UHGV virus genome: UHGV-1533542
Source of the DNA: a virus
Reading direction: 5' to 3' (one strand)
DNA length: 30,878 nt
Positions 8,262 through 14,600 of the stretch are shown one piece after another (the stretch's first letter is position 1; every line of letters starts with the position of its first letter). The notes below the pieces were generated by a model, which made no database searches, was not told the DNA's origin, and saw nothing but the letters and a program-made list of their open reading frames with translations. A program made the position numbers and the translations under genes.

Positions 8262-8527
8262 ATTTACATCGCACTCCTCTTGTGCCATAGTAATCGGGCA
8301 CTGGATTTTGCCAGTGCCGGGATTGGCGTCCCGGGTTACTACAGAGGCACATATGCCGCATAAGCGGTTTTTTTATGTGTAAAGCGCACCTATTCTATGG
8401 TGGGCTGTGTGGGGGCACCGAAAGGTGCGCCGGGTCCTTTGTAGCCGGTTACGCCAACCCTGCACAGTTCACCACCAACCGATTGGCGTCGGTAGTGGTG
8501 ATTAACCTAACTACAAAGGTGATCACT

Positions 8528-9214
8528 ATGACTGCTAACGTAACCCCATCTGTTTTTCATTTTGAATCAGAGGCAACCATTCGAGCCATTGTTATTGATG
8601 GAAATCCTTGGTTTGTTGCCAAAGACGTTATTAAAGCTCTTCAACTGACAAACCCCACTATGTCAATAAAATCTCTTGATGATGATGAAAGGGCTAAATT
8701 TAACTTAGGCCGTCAAGGCGAAACCAATATTATCAACGAGTCAGGCCTCTACACACTGATCCTCCGCTGCCGCGATGCGGTGACACCAGGCACTATCCCC
8801 TACCGCTTTCGTAAATGGGTTACAGGTGAGGTTCTTCCTCAGATCCGCCGCACCGGAAGTTACATTAAAAACTCGCTCCCGCAGGAAGAACGCATAAAGA
8901 TGGTTGCCGACCAGGTAGCCAACGCCACGGCGTCAGCAGTAATGCAGGCGATGAAGATAGAGAACAAAACCTACAGTGCCCCGCTGAAGCCCGGCTACCG
9001 CAGCCTGATTCACTCGCCGTCTGGTGTTCTCGGCCTGACGGAGAACTCACTGCTGATGAATCTGCTGAACCAGTTACAGGAAGACGGGCACGACGTATCG
9101 GGCGCGGCGGCAGAGCTGACCACCATGTTCTGCTACATCGTCGGTGTGAGCAAATGCCTGCGTGATATCCAGACGCACGCGGAGTACATCAACGACAAAG
9201 CAGGATTCTTCTGA
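8528..9214 (+). CDS. Bro-N domain protein (phage antirepressor-like) with C-terminal domain paralogous to the 85-aa protein
   Basis: ATG 8528 with SD AAGGTG chosen over the RBS-less ATG 8375; N-terminal Bro-N signature (FHFESEATIRAIVIDGNPWFVAKDVIKALQL); hairpin with weak T-tract after stop. Confidence 0.85.
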   Translation: MTANVTPSVFHFESEATIRAIVIDGNPWFVAKDVIKALQLTNPTMSIKSLDDDERAKFNLGRQGETNIINESGLYTLILRCRDAVTPGTIPYRFRKWVTGEVLPQIRRTGSYIKNSLPQEERIKMVADQVANATASAVMQAMKIENKTYSAPLKPGYRSLIHSPSGVLGLTENSLLMNLLNQLQEDGHDVSGAAAELTTMFCYIVGVSKCLRDIQTHAEYINDKAGFF

Positions 9215-9223
9215 CAGAACGGC

Positions 9224-9247
9224 GGCACATGGATGTGCCTTTAAATA
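9224..9247 (+). terminator. possible intrinsic terminator after the Bro-N gene
   Basis: GGCACA-TGGA-TGTGCC hairpin followed by TTTAAATAATT; T-tract is weak. Confidence 0.35.
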
Positions 9248-9287
9248 ATTCTGTACAGATTGCAGACTGTTGGTGAATAGCGTACTA

Positions 9288-9302
9288 TTACCTCAAGGGT
9301 AA
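9288..9302. promoter_or_regulatory. ATTACC-N5-GGTAAT dyad, copy d (TTACC-TCAAG-GGTAA)
   Basis: Perfect TTACC-N5-GGTAA about 60 bp upstream of the small ORF / toxin-like gene pair. Confidence 0.5.
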
Positions 9303-9362
9303 ACGGATTGGTTTCATTTTTATTAATCCGTGTAATGAACTTATGAGATATGAGGTAATGTC

Positions 9363-9542
9363 ATGCGAAACGAAAAATTGCAGATGCGTAGAGCGCAAGC
9401 TGCCGCAAGACGTTCTTTCAATGGAAGCGTAGAGTGCGTAAAAGTTACTATGACAAAAGATCACGCAAGTCGCGTATCCCGCGCTTTCTTTGATTCTCGT
9501 AACAATAAGGAAAATTATGAGTTCGTCTGCGTCGCAGAATGA
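9363..9542 (+). CDS. small ORF (59 aa) upstream of and overlapping the toxin-like gene; antitoxin candidate
   Basis: ATG 9363 preceded by SD GAGG (gaggtaatgtcATG); basic 59-aa product; overlaps next gene start by 26 nt in another frame; below the ORF-track size cutoff; coding status unproven. Confidence 0.3.
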   Translation: MRNEKLQMRRAQAAARRSFNGSVECVKVTMTKDHASRVSRAFFDSRNNKENYEFVCVAE

Positions 9543-10062
9543 TAAAAATCAAATTGTCAGATATAAGGGTCGAGTATTGCATACGCAAAATTTCTCGGCC
9601 CTTTGTGCATCTGATCTTGAGCTGAAGAAAGTATCTGATGCCTTTACCCAGTATTGGAAAACGGGATACCATCCATCTCTTGGTAAAGATGCTGCATTTG
9701 CTCGTCCGACAGAAATGCTTAAACTAAATGTCAGGCATACTCATGTCGATAACCAAGACTATATTCCAGAAGATAGTGATAAAAAACACACTGGTAAAAA
9801 ATCATCTTGGGATGCATGGAAAAATATAGCGTCTGTGCAAGTAAAATGCATACCAACAAGTGATTGCTTTTTAGTTTATTCGGTAAATCACAATCGTGAT
9901 GCGCTGGTTATGTTTTTTGTTGACGCAGATGCCCACAACATAACTGAGCAAGAAGAGTTTAAAGAGGCAGCAATCACTATCAGTTATCAATTCTTTGAGA
10001 AAACAAAAACAGAACCAATGCCTTTAGAAGAAGATCTTTTTTCTGATAAATGGAAGGAATAA
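9517..10062 (+). CDS. 181-aa protein with YafO-like toxin features (candidate mRNA-interferase-type toxin)
   Basis: ATG 9517 with SD AAGGA (ORF opens at TTG 9490); by-eye similarity to my recollection of E. coli YafO (F.QY.K.G..P..GKDA, L.V.HTHV, F/HLVY...AL....D..H); strong terminator follows. Confidence 0.6.
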   Translation: MSSSASQNDKNQIVRYKGRVLHTQNFSALCASDLELKKVSDAFTQYWKTGYHPSLGKDAAFARPTEMLKLNVRHTHVDNQDYIPEDSDKKHTGKKSSWDAWKNIASVQVKCIPTSDCFLVYSVNHNRDALVMFFVDADAHNITEQEEFKEAAITISYQFFEKTKTEPMPLEEDLFSDKWKE

Positions 10063-10086
10063 GCCCGCGTTGCGGGCTTTTTTGTG
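10063..10086 (+). terminator. intrinsic terminator of the plus-strand accessory unit
   Basis: Directly after stop 10062: stem GCCCGC/GCGGGC, 3-nt loop, then TTTTTTGTG. Confidence 0.8.
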
Positions 10087-10120
10087 TCTGCGGATTCCCG
10101 CCCGGGCGGCGGTGGCATTC

Positions 10121-10148
10121 GTTAAAAACAAGGCCGCGAAAGCGGCCT
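10121..10148 (-). terminator. intrinsic terminator ending the long minus-strand virion operon
   Basis: Stem AGGCCGC/GCGGCCT with GAAA loop; on the minus strand it is followed by TTTTT; lies just downstream of the 46-aa ORF stop and abuts palindrome 10149-10160. Confidence 0.6.
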
Positions 10149-10160
10149 GTGACATGTCAC
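10149..10160. repeat. perfect 12-bp palindrome GTGACATGTCAC, copy i
   Basis: Exact palindrome between the stop of the 46-aa ORF and the minus-strand terminator; identical copies at 27433-27444 and 29698-29709. Confidence 0.8.
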
Positions 10161-10167
10161 GCTCACG

Positions 10168-10308
10168 TTATGACAAGCCTATGTACCCTGCTACACCAGA
10201 TAATATCAAAATAACTGCAACAGCAAATTCGCCATCGTCAATGATACATTTACGGTTCATAACGCCAAGTGCAACAAGCGCAAACACAACAAGAATAAAA
10301 GCAATCAT
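10168..10308 (-). CDS. 46-aa two-helix membrane micropeptide, last gene of the virion operon
   Basis: ATG 9 nt after the stop of the 824-aa gene with SD AAGGA; product MIAFILVVFALVALGVMNRKCIIDDGEFAVAVILILSGVAGYIGLS has two hydrophobic segments; not in the ORF track (below size cutoff). Confidence 0.45.
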   Translation of the reverse strand: MIAFILVVFALVALGVMNRKCIIDDGEFAVAVILILSGVAGYIGLS

Positions 10309-10317
10309 TTCTCATCC

Positions 10318-12792
10318 TTATTGCGGAGTGACATCCTGTGGTCGCCACCAGTATGTCTGGTTAAACTCTTTCTTCGAACGTTGCTCCATTTTACGCAAAT
10401 AGCCTGGTGAAAAATACTCCTGCATCTGGTTAAAGATCATGTGATCGAGAGCCGCCTTTAAGTACCAGAGATTCGCACCTGGCATCAAACCTTTCCCCAG
10501 CTTCACCAGATCACCACCAGTCTGCTCACTCTTCCCTTCCACAGCATTTAACGGTATGCCCTGAGCAATCTTCACTACGTCATCAACCAGACCAGCTACC
10601 GGGCCAAGCATCGACGCCAGCGCGCCGCTTCCGTACCTAGTGTGATCTGACAATAAAAAGTCACCGTAAAGGCCAAGACCACCACCTTTCAGTAGAGCAC
10701 CAAGCCAAAATTTAGCAGCATCTTCTCCTGTCATCTCGCGAGGATTACGACCAGACGCAAGGTCGTTAAGTTGCTGCGACAAAGCGCCAAGAATGGTCGT
10801 ACTGGCAATAAACGTCGCAATATATGCCGCACGCCCACCAGCAGACGGCATACCCATAGCGCGTGACCAGTGACGCATAACTACCGAGATAGGGAACGAT
10901 TTAAACAGGAAAACACTTCTCGTTAATTCACCTTTCCATGTTCCACGCTGAATACCAGAACCGGTTATCAGTTGCTCACGTGCTCCCGGTGTAATAACAG
11001 CCATATCAACTTCTTCAGTTACGGCACCGAGAAGTTTACGCATTGCCTCAAATTTCACGCGTTCAGGCTCACCAAGATGTTTAACTGCTGAATCAGGGAT
11101 ACGCATAATGCTTTCCGGTGTCAGCATCGTATTATTGCCGTTCCCCCAGTCCTCCTGTTGCGCCAGCTTCCATACGCTCCAGTCTGTTTCAGTAATCCCT
11201 TTGCTTTTCAGGATACGAAAATCAGAGTCATCGAGGCTACGAAGGTCTGGTGTCCGTGACACTACCTCTCCCAGGCTTCCCATCATTGTTACGCCATAGG
11301 CGCGCTTGTGCGCATCTGACCATGCTGTAAGCCCACTGGCACGCATTACCGCCGTTGCCGCCCAACGAGACACAGACGGCCCCATATTATCCATTGCCCA
11401 GCGGTTAACACTGCCAAGTAGAGATTCCATCGCCAGACCAGCGCGGCGCGCCCGCGCAAGCTCAGTACGGTTCGTTGGGTCCATAGCTTCAAGCTGGTTG
11501 CGGAATAACTGGTTCATTGGAAGGTTGGTCACCTTCGCAGACAGATACATGGTTCCAAGATCAGAGAACGATGACAGCAACGCGGATCCTAGTCGGCTGG
11601 CAACCAGCCAGTTGCGGATATTGTCAGACCAGCGCGCGATGTGCGGATTCGCTACAGGCTGTGTCTTTCCGGAAATAAAGTTGTACAGATTCTCTGTGTT
11701 GTTCGCCAGCCGCTCGACTTTACCGGTTTTACTCGGGTTAGCTGTTGCCGTTTCTGCCTTCACCTGATCAAGAAGAGAGCGGAAAACATGATCGGGGTTT
11801 GGGCCATATGTTTCCACCAGTGCAATATCTTTACTGATACCTTCCAGGTGACCGACCATGATTTCCCATAGAGAGCGATCGCCATAAAGTTGCTGATATT
11901 GCAGATAGGAATCTGCATCTTTGAAATGTATCTGTCGTGATGCATTACCCCGGTTAGCACGTGCGCCGGAAATTCGCATTCCGGTATCAGTAAGCTTATT
12001 CAGCCCACCAGTAGCGATCGTGTTATAAGCCTCTCCAAGAAATGCAGACAACTCGGCATCGTTCATCAGTTGTCCATCGACTCGGGTATAATATTTGCGA
12101 TCCAGCTTACCTATAACATCGCTAACCCACTTATCCTTTGATACCGCCCCAACCTTTTCCATAGAATGATGTTGAGGGATCCCCCAGTTTTCGAGATAGC
12201 CAATGTCCCCACCAGCATCATTAAACCGGCGGCGCAGTAGCTCTGTCACTTCTCTCCACGCCTTAGCACCTTTTCTTGCTTTAGCATTGCCAGTATTTTG
12301 CCCTCGCATTTCATATACCAGGTCACGCACGCCAGCTTCATCTTCAAACAGGCCAAAAAAGCGAGGATCAACTGCTTCAAATGCCTCCTGCAATTGACTC
12401 AATGCATAATCACGAGTGGCTTTTGTTCTGGATTCAACAGAGAGGAAATTCGATTTACCGTCTGCATTAAAAGCAATAGTACGGTTAAGAGCGCCAAGTT
12501 TCCCATCAGCCCCTTGATAGCTATTGATAAATTTATCCAATCTCTGACGTGCGGCTATAGTGAGAGCCACACGACGTTTCTTTAATGCCGCTTCTCGCTG
12601 TAATTCTTCAGATGCCAATTGTGCTGCACGATACAACCGTTCTGATTCGGAAAGTTGTCGCCACGACATCGGATCATCACGAGCAATGGAGCGCATATTT
12701 CGATAAATGCGGTCTTCAATGTTCTGTATTTCTCGCGCCGTTAACGTGCGCTGCGCCGCCTGCTGGACCGCTTGTATACATTCCTGTCTCAT
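10318..12792 (-). CDS. large internal virion / ejection protein (824 aa)
   Basis: Long ORF in the virion operon; position equivalent to internal core/ejection proteins of podoviruses; function by position only. Confidence 0.75.
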   Translation of the reverse strand: MRQECIQAVQQAAQRTLTAREIQNIEDRIYRNMRSIARDDPMSWRQLSESERLYRAAQLASEELQREAALKKRRVALTIAARQRLDKFINSYQGADGKLGALNRTIAFNADGKSNFLSVESRTKATRDYALSQLQEAFEAVDPRFFGLFEDEAGVRDLVYEMRGQNTGNAKARKGAKAWREVTELLRRRFNDAGGDIGYLENWGIPQHHSMEKVGAVSKDKWVSDVIGKLDRKYYTRVDGQLMNDAELSAFLGEAYNTIATGGLNKLTDTGMRISGARANRGNASRQIHFKDADSYLQYQQLYGDRSLWEIMVGHLEGISKDIALVETYGPNPDHVFRSLLDQVKAETATANPSKTGKVERLANNTENLYNFISGKTQPVANPHIARWSDNIRNWLVASRLGSALLSSFSDLGTMYLSAKVTNLPMNQLFRNQLEAMDPTNRTELARARRAGLAMESLLGSVNRWAMDNMGPSVSRWAATAVMRASGLTAWSDAHKRAYGVTMMGSLGEVVSRTPDLRSLDDSDFRILKSKGITETDWSVWKLAQQEDWGNGNNTMLTPESIMRIPDSAVKHLGEPERVKFEAMRKLLGAVTEEVDMAVITPGAREQLITGSGIQRGTWKGELTRSVFLFKSFPISVVMRHWSRAMGMPSAGGRAAYIATFIASTTILGALSQQLNDLASGRNPREMTGEDAAKFWLGALLKGGGLGLYGDFLLSDHTRYGSGALASMLGPVAGLVDDVVKIAQGIPLNAVEGKSEQTGGDLVKLGKGLMPGANLWYLKAALDHMIFNQMQEYFSPGYLRKMEQRSKKEFNQTYWWRPQDVTPQ

Positions 12793-12797
12793 TTAAT

Positions 12798-14600
12798 TTA
12801 ACCTCTCAAGAAACACGCCACAGCAACATCAAACAGGCTGGAATCCTGTATTGCCTGCTCACTTTCCCTGTTCGCTTCATCCAGTACTTCACGCGCACTG
12901 CGCGATTGTGGATTACCATCATCATCCAGCACGGTGATTATCATGTCCGGAGATTCAAGCAGCGAGTCTTCAGCTATACGCAGATCAATATCTCCTGCCG
13001 GATCTGCCATCATTTTTTGTTCTGTCTGTTGCAATATCTTACCGGGCTCAAAAGGAGCTACTTCGTCTGGCGTCCTGACCTCTGCTGTTTTATAGAATGA
13101 AACAGCCTGAGCATTAAGTTCACTTTCAGCCTGCTGTCTCCGTGCCAGTTCTGCTCGAGCTTCAAAAAACTGACCGCCAGGCTCATGCGGTGCCAACGCG
13201 TTACGGGAAAATTCCAGGCGTTCTTGTGCCTGCCGGATTCGTTGGTCAATATCGCGAATTCTGGCCTGTTTATCTGATCGAGCACGAGACAAAGCTTTAC
13301 CGCTACCAGTTGGCTCTTCTGCAAGAATTTGTGCGCGCTGTTCAGTGAGATTGTCGATAATTCGTTGGCTATTAGCGATTTCAGACTGGTAAACCTGTCT
13401 ATCGCCACGCGACAAAAGCTGCGCGGCCTGTTCTTCAAGCAACCGATTTTCTATAGCGCGCGCCGTTTTTCCATCATCTACAGATGACAGAGCCTCATTA
13501 ACTGCCTGAGAAAGCAGACTCTTGTGCCCAGGGATTTCACTGAAAGATGCAGACTCAACAATGCTGGCAACGTCTACAGGTCTCCCCTGGCTAACATCAG
13601 ACATGGCTTTTCGCAGAGCCTGAATGTGAGAATTACGCGAAAGCACGTTGATCGGCACGCCAGGAGCAATATCAATTTCAGCATGATGAGCGGCATTCGC
13701 CGCCAGTGCAGCATCGATATCAACTGGTGAAAAATTTGGTGCGCTTGTAGACTCGCCGCGAGAGTTAATAAATCTGCCGACACCACCAAACGCCACCCCA
13801 AGAACAGCATCAATAGCAATTGCCTGTCGATCCAACACATCATACTGGTTAGCCATTTCGCTATAGCCACCATCACGAAGCGTTTTTGCAGTAAGCCCAC
13901 GCTGTGCCATACCGAACGCAATATTTGTACCTGCGGCATAGGCAATATCTGGCGTTGCACGTACTGCTGTTGCTGCGGCGCGTCGCACTGAACTCTCACC
14001 CGTCCGCGCAAGCTGAGCCGCCACACCTTCCGCCAGCGCACCACCAGCACGTAACCCGAGGCTCATAGGGATCAGTGTTCCGGCACCAGCAGTAATGCCC
14101 TGCACTAATCCCGCTTCCTGCGCCGTCCTGAAATCAACACCCTGTGCTATCAGCCGTTCAAACTCAGAAAAACCCTGTAGCGAAGTTACCGCCGCTGCAC
14201 CTCCGACAGGACCACCGAGCGTTGTACCGACAACAGCCTGCCCGCCCATATCGAACAACCCATAAAGAACCTGCCCGGCGGTTCCGGTTGTCGCGGCATC
14301 AGGCGTCAGCCGCTTAACCTGCTGCTCTGCTAGTTTTCTCTGCTCGGCAATGTATGAAACTGAAGTATCATTGAGCGAGGTGTTTTCGTTAATAAACTGA
14401 GCAATCGGGGATACGATTTTATCCATCCCAGCCCATAGCAACTGATCTGGCTTTGCCACCAGCCCGGAGTACAAACCAGACAATGCCGCTCCTACAGCAT
14501 TGTCGAAAAAACCAACATCGCTGTTAAAGCCCGCTGGATTTGATGCTGCTTCGTCAAGTTGCTGATTCTGGTTTACTGGATTAAGGCCAAAGTAACTCAT
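12798..14600 (-). CDS. internal virion / ejection protein (600 aa)
   Basis: ATG overlaps upstream stop (ATGA); Gly/Ala-rich N-terminal part and charged helical C-terminal part. Confidence 0.75.
   Translation of the reverse strand: MSYFGLNPVNQNQQLDEAASNPAGFNSDVGFFDNAVGAALSGLYSGLVAKPDQLLWAGMDKIVSPIAQFINENTSLNDTSVSYIAEQRKLAEQQVKRLTPDAATTGTAGQVLYGLFDMGGQAVVGTTLGGPVGGAAAVTSLQGFSEFERLIAQGVDFRTAQEAGLVQGITAGAGTLIPMSLGLRAGGALAEGVAAQLARTGESSVRRAAATAVRATPDIAYAAGTNIAFGMAQRGLTAKTLRDGGYSEMANQYDVLDRQAIAIDAVLGVAFGGVGRFINSRGESTSAPNFSPVDIDAALAANAAHHAEIDIAPGVPINVLSRNSHIQALRKAMSDVSQGRPVDVASIVESASFSEIPGHKSLLSQAVNEALSSVDDGKTARAIENRLLEEQAAQLLSRGDRQVYQSEIANSQRIIDNLTEQRAQILAEEPTGSGKALSRARSDKQARIRDIDQRIRQAQERLEFSRNALAPHEPGGQFFEARAELARRQQAESELNAQAVSFYKTAEVRTPDEVAPFEPGKILQQTEQKMMADPAGDIDLRIAEDSLLESPDMIITVLDDDGNPQSRSAREVLDEANRESEQAIQDSSLFDVAVACFLRG

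Noticed and set aside
8375-8527. N-terminal extension of the Bro-N ORF from ATG 8375
   Set aside because: No Shine-Dalgarno (ATG sits in a T-run after a hairpin); Cys/Gly-rich extension unlike Bro-N proteins; ATG 8528 has SD AAGGTG and begins the canonical Bro-N domain
9251-9272. CTGTACAGATTGCAGACTGT as a possible second LexA box
   Set aside because: Has CTGT but the right half is CAGA, not ACAG, at the N8 position; does not fit CTGT-N8-ACAG
9448-9672. 74-aa minus-strand ORF antisense to the small ORF / toxin start
   Set aside because: No RBS, Arg-rich, overlaps two better-supported plus-strand ORFs; noted only as a remote possibility of an antisense-encoded partner
10149-10160. Reading GTGACATGTCAC as a CRP site
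   Set aside because: Half-sites resemble TGTGA/TCACA but the spacer is 4 bp, not the 6 bp CRP requires; kept as an unexplained repeat
10070-10402. 110-aa plus-strand ORF after the toxin-like gene
   Set aside because: Starts inside terminator hairpins, runs antisense through the 46-aa ORF and the end of the 824-aa gene; no RBS
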